Positions 29,293 to 39,435 of a stretch of 64,000 nt of DNA are shown piece by piece. Made by a program: the position numbers and the translations under genes. The stretch comes from an uncultured Collinsella sp. (GTDB lineage Bacteria > Actinomycetota > Coriobacteriia > Coriobacteriales > Coriobacteriaceae): positions 277 to 64,276 of the forward strand of contig CATYJA010000002.1 of the NCBI GenBank assembly GCA_958407545.1, given 5' to 3'. The notes under the pieces are model-generated. The model was not told the origin of the DNA, made no database searches, and saw only the letters and a list, made by a program, of their open reading frames with translations. Positions within the stretch are counted from its first letter, which is position 1. Each line of letters starts with the position of its first letter.

Positions 29293-30435
29293 GTGATCTG
29301 CCCGCATTGCCTTAAGACTATCGAGGACGGCGCCTCGTTCTGCCCCTACTGCAACGCCTATGTGGGTCCGGGCGATGGTCCCGAGCACACCGAGTTCGTG
29401 TTCTGTGAGGGCTGCGGTGCCCGTCTTTCTCCGCATGATCGTACGTGCCCCAAATGCGGACGCCCCGCTCCGGGTATCCTCTCCGAGGACGCGGCCGCAT
29501 CCGACCTGGCAGCGGGCCGCACGGCGGGCTTTCCGCGCCTAACGCAAGAGCAGATCGATACCGAGGTGCCGCATGCGCCGGCCTCTGCCGCTGCGGTGCT
29601 TTCGGATGCTGCTGATCCTAACGAGACCTGCGTGCTGCCGGCTTTCGATAAGGATTTCGGTATCCCCAAGGTCGATATTCCCACGCCCGTTTCCCTGCAT
29701 GACGATGCTCAAAAACCCAAGCGCAAGGTGCACCCCGACGAGGACGCCTATCACAAGCACAAGCGTCATATCCCCAAGCCGCTCATCGTCATCGCGGTCC
29801 TTGCCGTCCTTTGCGGCGGTGCCTATTGGTTCGTGACAGCCGATCCCATGGGTGTCATGCCTGGCTTCTATGACCAGTTTGGCCAGGCCGCGCAGACGAC
29901 CTTCCCTACGCGCCAAAAGGGCGAGGCGACTGAGGACGATACCAAGCAGGACGATTCTGCCGAGGTGGTCCAGGAAGAAACCGTGCTCACCGATGATCAG
30001 CTCTATACCAGGCTCGACGGTCTGTATCAGACTATCGTGTCCTACGGTGACGAGGACCAGATCGGCGAGGTCATCGATTCCTTTAACAACGGCTATCTCC
30101 GATCGCCGCTGTCCACCCGTCAGGAGCTGTCGCAGAGTGCCTACGCCCTGCGCGACCAGATCAAAAAGACGCAAGATGAGCTCAACAACCTTAAGTATCA
30201 GGACGATACGGTCTATGCGGATGACATCGCCCACTTAAAGCAGCTTGCCGAGTGGATGTTCGAGCGTGTCGACGTGATCTGCCAGAGTTGGGACATCTCG
30301 CTGGCCATTCCCGATGGTGAGTCGATGAGTTCCCACCAAAGCGAGATCCTGGCGCCCATCGCGCAGGGCGGCAACAGCGCGCTGAACCAGTACGACGCCA
30401 ATGTGGGTTCCTGGAAGCCGCAGCAGCGTTCCTAA
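29293..30435 (+). CDS. Double zinc-ribbon, single-pass membrane protein
   Basis: Four CxxC pairs (CPHC, CPYC, CEGC, CPKC), a Pro/acidic linker, a basic patch plus TM (LIVIAVLAVLCGGAYWFV) and a helical C-terminal domain. GTG start after AGAGG. Confidence 0.8.
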   Translation: MICPHCLKTIEDGASFCPYCNAYVGPGDGPEHTEFVFCEGCGARLSPHDRTCPKCGRPAPGILSEDAAASDLAAGRTAGFPRLTQEQIDTEVPHAPASAAAVLSDAADPNETCVLPAFDKDFGIPKVDIPTPVSLHDDAQKPKRKVHPDEDAYHKHKRHIPKPLIVIAVLAVLCGGAYWFVTADPMGVMPGFYDQFGQAAQTTFPTRQKGEATEDDTKQDDSAEVVQEETVLTDDQLYTRLDGLYQTIVSYGDEDQIGEVIDSFNNGYLRSPLSTRQELSQSAYALRDQIKKTQDELNNLKYQDDTVYADDIAHLKQLAEWMFERVDVICQSWDISLAIPDGESMSSHQSEILAPIAQGGNSALNQYDANVGSWKPQQRS

Positions 30436-30542
30436 AATTAGTTCGCCATAGTCGGCATAACCTACGTGCGCAATTGATGTAAGCGCATGCTTATTGCTAC
30501 AATTCGTACAAATATGCTTTAAACGCACGAGGAAGGAACCAC

Positions 30543-31085
30543 ATGTTTGGTTTTAAGAAAGAGCTCTACACGCCCGAGTATCAGCTTGCCGGCGACGAGT
30601 GCGCCGTTATCGAGACGTCGAAGGGTACCATCAAGGTCAAGTTTGACGGCGAGGGCGCTCCCATTCATGTCGCGAACTTCTGTGAGCTTTCCACGATGGG
30701 TTTCTATGATGGCCTTAAGTTCCATCGCTATGTGCCCGGCTTTGTCATTCAGGGCGGCGACCCCAATACCCGCGATATGTCCGGCGCCGACGTCGCTGCC
30801 GGTCTTGAGGGCCCCGACGGCATGCCCGGTACCGGTGGTCCCGGCTACTGCATCAAGGGCGAGTTTGCCACCAATCCGCGCAACAGCCATGTCGATGGTG
30901 CCCTTGCCATGGCACGCTCCATGGACCCCGATTCCGCGGGTTCGCAGTTCTACTTCTGCCTGGGTGCCCAGCATAACCTCGATTCCGGTTACACCGTCTT
31001 TGGTACCACGGTCGAGGGTCTCGATGTGATTTCGCAGCTGCGTGCCGGCGACGAGATCGTCCATGTCGAGATCGTTCACGAGTAA
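30543..31085 (+). CDS. Cyclophilin-type peptidyl-prolyl isomerase
   Basis: FYDGLKFHR, FVIQGGDP, GTGGPGY, LAMAR, SAGSQF and YTVFG. Confidence 0.95.
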   Translation: MFGFKKELYTPEYQLAGDECAVIETSKGTIKVKFDGEGAPIHVANFCELSTMGFYDGLKFHRYVPGFVIQGGDPNTRDMSGADVAAGLEGPDGMPGTGGPGYCIKGEFATNPRNSHVDGALAMARSMDPDSAGSQFYFCLGAQHNLDSGYTVFGTTVEGLDVISQLRAGDEIVHVEIVHE

Positions 31086-31096
31086 AGGGGACTTCC

Positions 31097-32401
31097 TTGA
31101 ATAGCCAGCTGATCCAACAGGGCCGCGCCGCTTACCGCGCGGGTGATTTTTCCGCTGCAGCCCAGATGCTTGGGGCGGCAAAAACTCCCGATGAGATTAT
31201 GGGCGAGGCCGATCACCTTCGTGGCAACGCCTTGATGCACTTGGGCATGTATGCCGAGGCCGCCGAGGCCTACGCCGTTGCCCTCAATGACGGCACCTAC
31301 GGCAAGCGCGGCGCGCTGCTCACCAACCGCGGCAAGGCACTCGCCGCCGTGGGCGACTACACGACGGCCGCTCAGGCGTTCTCTGCTGCTACGCAGGATG
31401 CTTCCTATGCCACGCCGTTCAAGGCCTATCTGGGCCTGGGTAACGCGCTGTTCCAGTCGGGCGACTATGCCAACGCGGGTACTGCCTTCCGTCAGGCTGC
31501 CATCGACGGCGCCAATCCGGCTCCTGCCGCCGCACTCGGCGAGCTTGGTCGTTGCTTCATTAAGCTCGGCCGTCCGGCGGATGCCGTGGAGACCTACCGC
31601 GCGGCTATCGACTTTGCCGGCCCCCGCGACGACACGCGTGCGCTCAACGCCGGCATGGGTCAGGCACTTTCTGCCGCCGGCCGCCCCTCCGACGCACTCG
31701 ACGCCTTTAACGCCGCTACTGCCGATGGCATCTACCAGCTCACCTCCGAGCAGGCCGATGAGCTTGCCCGCGTGCACGATTCGCTTGCCGCGCTGTCTGC
31801 CCAGACGGCTATGGCCACGGCTCCGGCGCCCGCGATGGACGCTCCTGCCGTCGATCCGCTCGATCCTACGGGCGCGACCGGTCAGTTTATGCCCGATCCC
31901 TCGGACACCGGCTTCTTTACGCTGTCCGAGTCCGAGATGGTCCAGCAGGACCGTCAGGATCGTAAGCAGGCCAAGGTCCGTCGCCGCCATCGCCACACGG
32001 GTCTCAAAGTCTTCATCGTGCTGCTTCTGCTCATTTTGATCGCCGCGGGCGGTCTGGGCTTTGCCTACACGCGCGGCTTTGGCTTCCCGTCCCAGGAGTC
32101 TGTCGTTACCGATCTGTTCCAGGCTGCCGGCGACGGTGACACCGCAAAGGCCGAGTCTTGCCTGGCCTCGAGCCTGTCCGAGGACGCCAAGTCGATGATC
32201 ATCTCCTCGATTCCGCAGGGTGCCACCGTGTCCGTCGAGGGCATGGATCAGTCCATGACCGAGACGACCGCTAAGGTTAAGGCATCGCTGTCCAAGGGCG
32301 GCGAGCAGGAGTACACCGTCAAATTCGTGCGCTCCGATAACCATATCGGCTGGGTCGTTTCCTCGCTCGATATGGATTTCTCGGCTGCTGACAACCAGTA
32401 G
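31097..32401 (+). CDS. Tetratricopeptide-repeat protein with a C-terminal TM and a small extracellular domain
   Basis: Repeated ~34-aa Ala/Gly-rich TPR pattern (LGNALFQSGDYANA) and RRRHRH followed by a hydrophobic helix. TTG start. Confidence 0.82.
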   Translation: MNSQLIQQGRAAYRAGDFSAAAQMLGAAKTPDEIMGEADHLRGNALMHLGMYAEAAEAYAVALNDGTYGKRGALLTNRGKALAAVGDYTTAAQAFSAATQDASYATPFKAYLGLGNALFQSGDYANAGTAFRQAAIDGANPAPAAALGELGRCFIKLGRPADAVETYRAAIDFAGPRDDTRALNAGMGQALSAAGRPSDALDAFNAATADGIYQLTSEQADELARVHDSLAALSAQTAMATAPAPAMDAPAVDPLDPTGATGQFMPDPSDTGFFTLSESEMVQQDRQDRKQAKVRRRHRHTGLKVFIVLLLLILIAAGGLGFAYTRGFGFPSQESVVTDLFQAAGDGDTAKAESCLASSLSEDAKSMIISSIPQGATVSVEGMDQSMTETTAKVKASLSKGGEQEYTVKFVRSDNHIGWVVSSLDMDFSAADNQ

Positions 32402-32423
32402 TGACCTTATGGGATTTAGCTTT

Positions 32424-32456
32424 GCCCGGCGCTTCACCGCAAGTGAGGTGCCGGGC
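32424..32456 (+). terminator. Hairpin before mreB
   Basis: GCCCGGCGCTTCAC-CGCAA-GTGAGGTGCCGGGC; TATGAT -10 candidate at 32466-32471. Confidence 0.55.
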
Positions 32457-32516
32457 TTGCGCTAGTATGATGAGCTAGTAGTTTTCCAGCAATCATCCAA
32501 CACATCAGGAGTTGCG

Positions 32517-33560
32517 TTGTTTTCTTTGATGGATATGTTCTTCGGTAGCTATGCGGGCGATCTTGCCATCGACCTCGGCACCGCAAATACGCTTGTCTCC
32601 GTGCGCGGCAAGGGCATCGTCATTCGCGAGCCCTCTGTTGTCGCCATCGACAAGAACGACGAGCGCATCCTGGCGGTCGGTATCGAGGCAAAGCGCATGC
32701 TCGGCCGTACGCCCGGCAACATCGTGGCCGTTCGTCCCCTGAAGGACGGCGTCATCGCCGACTTCGATGTTACCGAGGCCATGCTTCGCTACTTTATCGA
32801 CAAGGCGTCCGAGAAGCGCTATCCGTGGACCCCGCGTCCGCGCGTTGTCGTCTGCGTTCCTTCCGGCGTCACGTCGGTCGAGAAGCGAGCTGTCTTTGAG
32901 GCCACGATCCAGGCCGGTGCCCGCCAGGCCTATCTGATCGAAGAGCCTATGGCCGCCGCTATCGGCGCCGACCTGCCCGTCGAGGAACCCACCGGCTCCA
33001 TGGTCATCGACATCGGTGGCGGTACCACCGAGGTCGCTGTTATCGCTATGGGCGGCATCGTCGTCTCGCAGTCCATCCGTATTGCCGGTGACGAGTTCGA
33101 CCAGGCCATCCTCACGCACGTTCGCGATGCCTACAACCTGGCCATCGGCGAGCGTACGGCAGAGGACATCAAGATCAAGGTCGGTTCCGCCGTGCCGCTC
33201 AAGGACGAGCTCGACGTCGAGGTCAACGGCCGCGACGTGATCACCGGTCTGCCCAAGACCGTGCGCATCGAGAGCGAGGAGATTCGTCGCGCACTCAACA
33301 AGCCACTCGACGAGATGGCCAAGGCCGTCAAGGACGCACTCGACGCTACGCCTCCCGATCTTGCCTCGGACCTTATGTACTACGGCATTTTGCTGACCGG
33401 TGGCGGTGCGCTGCTGCGCGGTCTCGACGTGCGCCTGCGCGATGAGACCGGTGTTTCGGTCAACGTCAGCCCCACGGCGCTCGATAATGTCGTTAACGGC
33501 TGCGCCCGCGTGCTCGAGGCCAATGCGTTTGATGGCGGCTTCGTCCAGACCAATGCTTAA
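32517..33560 (+). CDS. mreB: Rod shape-determining actin homologue
   Basis: IDLGTANT, RPLKDGVIADF, EEPMAAAIGA, DIGGGTTE and LTGGGALL. Confidence 0.97.
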   Translation: MFSLMDMFFGSYAGDLAIDLGTANTLVSVRGKGIVIREPSVVAIDKNDERILAVGIEAKRMLGRTPGNIVAVRPLKDGVIADFDVTEAMLRYFIDKASEKRYPWTPRPRVVVCVPSGVTSVEKRAVFEATIQAGARQAYLIEEPMAAAIGADLPVEEPTGSMVIDIGGGTTEVAVIAMGGIVVSQSIRIAGDEFDQAILTHVRDAYNLAIGERTAEDIKIKVGSAVPLKDELDVEVNGRDVITGLPKTVRIESEEIRRALNKPLDEMAKAVKDALDATPPDLASDLMYYGILLTGGGALLRGLDVRLRDETGVSVNVSPTALDNVVNGCARVLEANAFDGGFVQTNA

Positions 33561-33581
33561 TTTCCAAAAGGTGGATTCCAT

Positions 33582-34580
33582 TTGGCACGATCTTCGGGTT
33601 TCTCCACAAATCTGAATACCAAGCGACAATCAACGGGTATGCGCCCGTTGATTGTTTTCAGCCTGATTTCGGTGTTGCTGCTCACGTTTTACATCCGCGA
33701 GGGCGAGGCAGGGCCGATTCATGCCGTGCGTTCGGGCGTAACGACGATTACCTCTCCGGTGCGCTTTGTGGGCTCGGCTGTGGCGGCTCCCTTCAATGCG
33801 ATTGGCAACGTGTTCTCTAACCTAACGGCGTCGCAGGACACGCTCGACGAGCTCAAGAAGCAAAATGAGGAGCTGACCTCTAAGGTCGCCGAGCTTTCTG
33901 AGGCTCAAAAGACCGCTGAGCGTCTGGAGGGGCTGGTCGGCCTGCAGTCGACCTACAACCTCAAATCGACCGCAGCTCGTATCGTTGGTGCCTCGGGCGA
34001 TGCCTGGACCTCGACCGTCACGATTGATAAGGGTTCTGCCGACGGGCTTACCATCAACATGCCTGTGACGAGTTCGGCCGGTGTTATCGGCCAGATCATC
34101 GAAGTCTCGGCCAAAACGTCCACCGTGCGCCTGATTGGCGACGAGAACTCCGGCGTATCCGCCATGGTGCAGGACACGCGCGCCCAGGGCATGCTGCAGG
34201 GTCAGGCTGACGGCACGCTGCGTCTTGAGTACGTGAGCGTCGACTCCGATGTTAAGGTTGGCGACATCATCGTGACCTCGGGCATCGGTGGCGTGTTCCC
34301 CAAGGGTCTACCGCTCGGCACCGTCTCGTCGGTTGAGAAATCGGCAAACGACGTGTACTACACCATTGTGGTGCGCGCTCAGACCACGGCCGAGAACAAC
34401 GAGGAAGTGCTGGTCATCACCTCGCTGACCGACGAACAATCGGCCTCGGATGAGGACGTGAGTACGGCCAACAGCACGCCGCAGGGAACGTCGCGTGATG
34501 CTGCGACCAAGACGAAGGACGAGAGCTCGGATGACAGTTCCGACACGTCCGAGACGACCGATTCCGGCTCGAGCGAATAG
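33582..34580 (+). CDS. mreC: Rod shape-determining protein MreC
   Basis: TM, coiled coil, IDKGS.DG and GDIIVTSGIGGVFPKGLPLG; directly follows mreB. Confidence 0.93.
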   Translation: MARSSGFSTNLNTKRQSTGMRPLIVFSLISVLLLTFYIREGEAGPIHAVRSGVTTITSPVRFVGSAVAAPFNAIGNVFSNLTASQDTLDELKKQNEELTSKVAELSEAQKTAERLEGLVGLQSTYNLKSTAARIVGASGDAWTSTVTIDKGSADGLTINMPVTSSAGVIGQIIEVSAKTSTVRLIGDENSGVSAMVQDTRAQGMLQGQADGTLRLEYVSVDSDVKVGDIIVTSGIGGVFPKGLPLGTVSSVEKSANDVYYTIVVRAQTTAENNEEVLVITSLTDEQSASDEDVSTANSTPQGTSRDAATKTKDESSDDSSDTSETTDSGSSE

Positions 34581-34585
34581 GGGGC

Positions 34586-35158
34586 ATGTCCATGGATCTA
34601 CACGAGCAGGGGATGAGCTCCCGCACGTTTGTGATCGCCGCCATCGTGTGCGTGCTGCTGCAGGCAGGCCTGGCACCGCAGATCTCCATTGCGGGCGGTC
34701 GCGTCAACTTCATGATTATCCTGGTGTGCCTAAGCGTGTTCTCGGGCGACCCGACCCGTGCCGTCGTGTGCGGTTTTTGCAGCGGCTTGTTTTATGACCT
34801 GTCCGCTGCCGTGCCGGTGGGCGTTATGTCGCTCCTGCTGACCGTGGGTTCTTTTGCCCTGGTGCACAGCGCCGTCGGTCAGACGGGCGGTACCCCGAGT
34901 GCGCGCGGCGTCACCGTGGGCGCCTTTGCGCTCGTCATTAATGTGATCTACAGCATCATCTTGCTGTTTATGGGTTTGGAGACGAGCTTTGTCGTGGCGA
35001 TCTTCGGCCATGCGCTGCCGTCCTCGATCCTGACGGGTCTGGTTGCCATTCCGTTTTTGATGTCCGGCGTCGTGCCGCAGTCCGGCTATGGATTCTCCGC
35101 ACGTGGCGGACGCCAGACGGGTATGCGCTTTAAGCCCAAGACCCGCAAGCTCAAATAG
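34586..35158 (+). CDS. mreD: Rod shape-determining protein MreD
   Basis: Polytopic, GF..GL.YD motif, located between mreC and pbp2. Confidence 0.8.
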   Translation: MSMDLHEQGMSSRTFVIAAIVCVLLQAGLAPQISIAGGRVNFMIILVCLSVFSGDPTRAVVCGFCSGLFYDLSAAVPVGVMSLLLTVGSFALVHSAVGQTGGTPSARGVTVGAFALVINVIYSIILLFMGLETSFVVAIFGHALPSSILTGLVAIPFLMSGVVPQSGYGFSARGGRQTGMRFKPKTRKLK

Positions 35159-35171
35159 GGGAGGCCCGTAG

Positions 35172-37241
35172 ATGTCTTCCCAGATGACGGTTATTATCGC
35201 CGGTATCGTGCTGGTTGTGGCCATCGTGGTCGCGCTGGTCATCATGCGTCGTGGCGATTCCCGTTTTACCTACGATACACAGCATGGAACGGCCCCGCGC
35301 GCCACCGAGGGCGAGGGCAATACCGCGGCGACCGCCTTTAAGGGCCGCTTTTCCATCCTCACCACGGGTGTGGGCGCGATGTTTGCGGCACTTGCCGTCA
35401 AGCTGTGGGGCATGCAGATGGTCTCGTCGGACTATTACGAGAAGCAGGCCAATAGTAATCAGACTCGCACCGTTACCACACCCGCTGTGCGCGGCCGCAT
35501 CCTCGACCGCAATGGCGTGGCGCTTGTCCAGAACCGTCCCTCACTTGCTGTCGTGGCCTACCGCGACCTTGCCGAGGATGAGGTTCTGGTTCGCCATCTT
35601 GCCAACGTGCTTGGAATGCCTTATGTGGCGGTCCTTCGCAATATTCAGGACAATACAGAGGGCGCTCAGAGCCTGCATACCATCGCGACGGACGTCCGTC
35701 GCTCCACGGTTGCCTATATCAAGGAGCACGCCGGCGAGTTCCCGGGCGTCAAGATTGCCGAGCGTACCGAACGCCAGTATCCATACGGCGAGACGGCATG
35801 CCATATCTTGGGCTATACCGGCACCATTACGTCCGAGCAGCTCGAGGCCCAGAATAAGAAAACCTCTGGCGATGATGATGCTTCTGCTGGCAAGATTACG
35901 TACCAGTCGGGCGATATCGTGGGCCAGGCGGGCGTTGAGAGCTACTACGAAAACCTGCTGCAGGGTATTCGTGGCGAGCAGACCGTCAAGGTCGATGCCT
36001 CGGGCAATGTGACCGGTCAGGCCGGCGCCGTGCCCGCGAAGGCCGGCTCCGACATTAAGCTCACGCTCGACCTTAAGATCCAACAGGCCTGTGAGACGGC
36101 ACTGGCGAGCGCTATCGAGCTTGCCAAGACCACTGGCTACAGCAATGCCGGCAACGGCGCTGTGGTGTGTCTCGATCCCAACAATGGCGAGATCCTGGGC
36201 ATGGCGAGCCAGCCCAAGTTCGATCCGTCCGTCTTTATCGGCGGCGTCTCAAATGACGTGTGGACCGAGCTCAATGATGACAAGGGTTCGCACCCGCTGC
36301 TCAACCGCGCCATTAGCGGACAGTACATGTCGGCCTCGACCATCAAGCCGCTCTCGGCGCTGGCCGGTCTTGAGTTTGGAACCTACACGTCGGGGCAGAC
36401 GACCAACTGCACGGGTTATTGGACGGGTCTGGGCAAGTCGTGGGGCAAGTACTGCTGGCTGCATTCCGGCCACGGCACCATGACGCTGCAGTCGGGAATC
36501 GCCAACTCGTGCGACCCTGTCTTCTACGACATGGGCAAGGCGTTCTTTTATGACGAGCAACATCCCGAGGGTCTGCAGGAGGTCTTTCGTCGCTGGGGTC
36601 TAGGCAAGACCTGCGGTATCGATCTGCCGAGTGAGGGCGCGGGTCGTATTCCCGATGCCGAGTGGAAAGAGTCGTACTTCACCGACGCATCTGCCGAGGA
36701 CCGCAAGTGGAATGCCGGCGATATGACCAACATTGCCATCGGTCAGGGCGACATCCTGGTGACGCCCCTGCAGATGGCGTGTGCCTATATGGGTCTTGCC
36801 AACGGCGGCAAACAGTACGTGCCTCACGTGTTTTTGTCTGCCGTGTCGCGCGATGGCGACGGCGATGCCTATAAGTACAACGGCAAGGGCAAGAAGAAGC
36901 GCCTGGAGGCCAAGATCAACAGCGATTCGGATTTGGCTCTTGTTCGCAACGGCATGCACGACGTGATTTACACGGCATCGACGTCCCTGGCGGCTCACTT
37001 TGGCACCCTGACGCCGCAGGTATACGGCAAGTCGGGCACGGGCGAGAAAAGTGGCGAGGATGAATACGCGTGGTTCTGCGCCTATGCACCGGCCGATGAC
37101 CCCAAGTATGTCATCGCTACCGTCCTGGAGCAGGGCGGCGGTGGCTCAGATACCGCGATGCATGTCGTGCGCGACGTGCTCGGCGTGATTTATGACGAGC
37201 CCGATACCTCTTCGGCCTCGGGCGATTCTTCGGTTCGATAG
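35172..37241 (+). CDS. mrdA: Class B penicillin-binding protein 2
   Basis: RGRILDRNG, RQYPYG, G.AGVE, STIK (SxxK), SCD and KSG motifs. Confidence 0.93.
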   Translation: MSSQMTVIIAGIVLVVAIVVALVIMRRGDSRFTYDTQHGTAPRATEGEGNTAATAFKGRFSILTTGVGAMFAALAVKLWGMQMVSSDYYEKQANSNQTRTVTTPAVRGRILDRNGVALVQNRPSLAVVAYRDLAEDEVLVRHLANVLGMPYVAVLRNIQDNTEGAQSLHTIATDVRRSTVAYIKEHAGEFPGVKIAERTERQYPYGETACHILGYTGTITSEQLEAQNKKTSGDDDASAGKITYQSGDIVGQAGVESYYENLLQGIRGEQTVKVDASGNVTGQAGAVPAKAGSDIKLTLDLKIQQACETALASAIELAKTTGYSNAGNGAVVCLDPNNGEILGMASQPKFDPSVFIGGVSNDVWTELNDDKGSHPLLNRAISGQYMSASTIKPLSALAGLEFGTYTSGQTTNCTGYWTGLGKSWGKYCWLHSGHGTMTLQSGIANSCDPVFYDMGKAFFYDEQHPEGLQEVFRRWGLGKTCGIDLPSEGAGRIPDAEWKESYFTDASAEDRKWNAGDMTNIAIGQGDILVTPLQMACAYMGLANGGKQYVPHVFLSAVSRDGDGDAYKYNGKGKKKRLEAKINSDSDLALVRNGMHDVIYTASTSLAAHFGTLTPQVYGKSGTGEKSGEDEYAWFCAYAPADDPKYVIATVLEQGGGGSDTAMHVVRDVLGVIYDEPDTSSASGDSSVR

Positions 37242-37250
37242 GAGGTTGCG

Positions 37251-38477
37251 ATGGATTTTTCTCCGGCGGATCTGTTCCGTTCAACCAAGACCGGCTCTCG
37301 CAGCAGCCTGGACCGTGTCAACAAGCAACTTTCGGCCTCGCGCGGCACGTTTCGCCAAAAGGTGCATATCGGTGTGCTCGTGGCTACTGTGGCCCTCGTC
37401 GCCTACGGTGCCATCATTATCTGGTCGGCTTCGCAGTTTAAGGCCGACGCTTCGTTCTCACGCCATCTGCTGGGAATTGGAATCGGTACGGTGCTGGCGG
37501 TGCTGGTCTGGCGTACCGACCTGCGCGGTATTTCCAATTTCTCGACGGCGTTGCTCGTCATCGACCTGATCGTGATCCTCTCGCCCAAGATTCCAGGTCT
37601 GTCCTATACGGGCGGTCTGGGCATGACGGGCTGGATCAAGATTCCCGGTATCGGCTTGACATTCCAGCCGGTTGAGCTTGCCAAGCTCATCACCATCTTC
37701 TTTATTGCTACGCTTGGCTCGCAGTATAACGGTCGCATCGATACCGTTCGCGACTACGTCAAGCTCTGCGGCATGCTGTCCATTCCGTTTTTGGCCGTCG
37801 TTGCCATGGGCGACCTGGGCTCGGGCCTGGTCGTGCTTGTTTCGGGCGCCATCGTCATTTGTATGAGCGGTGCACGCCGCGAATGGGTGCTGTCGACCCT
37901 GGCCCTGCTCGTGGGCCTGGTGGCCCTCGTTCTGGCGCTTGATTCGGTCTTTGATTCGTTGCTCGGCCACGATGTGCTCATCAAGCAGTATCAGATGAAT
38001 CGTCTGACGGTCTTTATCGACCCCGATAATGCCGATTCGGACGATGCCTACAACCTGCAGCAGTCGCTTATCGCCGTTGGCTCGGGCGGCTTCTTTGGTA
38101 AGGGTTTGGGCCATGCGACGCAGTCGGCCGGCGGCTTTCTGCCTGAGTTCCACACCGACTTCGTCTTCGCCTTTTTGTCCGAGACCTTTGGTTTTTGCGG
38201 TTCCTTTTTTCTCTTGTGCCTCTACGTGCTGCTGATCTTTTCGACGATTCGCGTCGCCTTTAAGTGTGAGTCGCTGTTCCTGCGTCTGTCGTGCGTAGGT
38301 ATCGTCGGCATGTGGGCATTCCAGACCTTCGAGAACATCGGCATGTGCATTGGCATGATGCCGATTACCGGTATTCCGCTACCGTTTATTAGCTTCGGTT
38401 CGTCTTCGATGATGATCCAGCTGCTGACGGTGGGTATCGTACAATCCATATGGCGGCATCGTTCGGGCGCCGCGTAA
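37251..38477 (+). CDS. rodA: SEDS family protein RodA
   Basis: FQPVELAK, DLG, LPEFHTDFVF and PITGIPLPFISFG. Confidence 0.93.
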   Translation: MDFSPADLFRSTKTGSRSSLDRVNKQLSASRGTFRQKVHIGVLVATVALVAYGAIIIWSASQFKADASFSRHLLGIGIGTVLAVLVWRTDLRGISNFSTALLVIDLIVILSPKIPGLSYTGGLGMTGWIKIPGIGLTFQPVELAKLITIFFIATLGSQYNGRIDTVRDYVKLCGMLSIPFLAVVAMGDLGSGLVVLVSGAIVICMSGARREWVLSTLALLVGLVALVLALDSVFDSLLGHDVLIKQYQMNRLTVFIDPDNADSDDAYNLQQSLIAVGSGGFFGKGLGHATQSAGGFLPEFHTDFVFAFLSETFGFCGSFFLLCLYVLLIFSTIRVAFKCESLFLRLSCVGIVGMWAFQTFENIGMCIGMMPITGIPLPFISFGSSSMMIQLLTVGIVQSIWRHRSGAA

Positions 38478-38495
38478 CCGCTGGAGGGGTTTGCT

Positions 38496-39425
38496 ATGAA
38501 AATTCCCGTAGATAAGCTGACCCGCGCTTTTAAGATGGGCGCGTCCGTTAAGAAGGATTCCGATACGCCGGTGCGCGTTTCGGTCTATCTGGATTCGTCC
38601 GCCTCGCGCTTTCTGGCCGAGACGGTGCGTGACGCCTTTGTGCCGCAGACGACCTCGGGCATTGTGCGCGTCGAGCGTCTGGGGGAGGAGCGAATTGCTC
38701 CAAAGACCGATACCGATGTGGTGCTGGTGCTCTCGTGTGGTTCCGACCGCTTGGAGAGTGCCGTGCAGGAGCTCGTGATCGCCGGCGCGCCCGTGTGCGT
38801 GCTTGCCGAGTCTGCTGTGGAGGTGCCGTTTATCGAGGAGTCCACGCCCATGCTCGGTGTGGTGGCGGCAACCGATAAGACGTATCTGCTCGAGACGCTT
38901 GCCCGCTGGATTCTCGATCGCACCGACAAGGAAACGGCTTTTGCGGCGAACTTTGCCTTCATGCGCATCGCGGCGGCCAATCGTATCATCACCTCGTGTG
39001 CGCTCACCAATATGGCGACCGGGGCTTTGGTGTTTTTGCCGGGTGCCGATTATCCCGTTATGGCGCTGGCGCAGGTGGGCATGCTCTTTGAGCTCGCTGC
39101 CGTCTTTGGACGCGGCATTAAGCCTGAGCGCGGCTACGAGGTCGCCGGCGTGCTTGCCGGCGGCTTGGTGATCCGCGCGGTCACCCGCGCGCTCGTCAAG
39201 CAGACGCCGCATATTGGGTTTGCCGTCAAGGCGCTCACTGCTGCCGCGGGCACCTATGGCATGGGCCGTGCGCTCGTTTCGCTCTACGAGCGCGATGTCG
39301 ACTACAGCCGTGCCAACGAGGTGGTCACTGCCACGTTCTCCCGCGTTCGCGATCTGGTGACCACGGTCGCGGGCGCTACCCGTCCTATGGCGTCCTATCA
39401 GGACGCATCAGATCTCGCTGCTTAG
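38496..39425 (+). CDS. Hypothetical protein with a DUF697-like C-terminal region
   Basis: Host-like codon usage and SD GGAGG; PGADYPVMALAQVGMLFELAAVFG resembles the DUF697 motif. Confidence 0.65.
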   Translation: MKIPVDKLTRAFKMGASVKKDSDTPVRVSVYLDSSASRFLAETVRDAFVPQTTSGIVRVERLGEERIAPKTDTDVVLVLSCGSDRLESAVQELVIAGAPVCVLAESAVEVPFIEESTPMLGVVAATDKTYLLETLARWILDRTDKETAFAANFAFMRIAAANRIITSCALTNMATGALVFLPGADYPVMALAQVGMLFELAAVFGRGIKPERGYEVAGVLAGGLVIRAVTRALVKQTPHIGFAVKALTAAAGTYGMGRALVSLYERDVDYSRANEVVTATFSRVRDLVTTVAGATRPMASYQDASDLAA

Positions 39426-39435
39426 GGGTTTTCCG

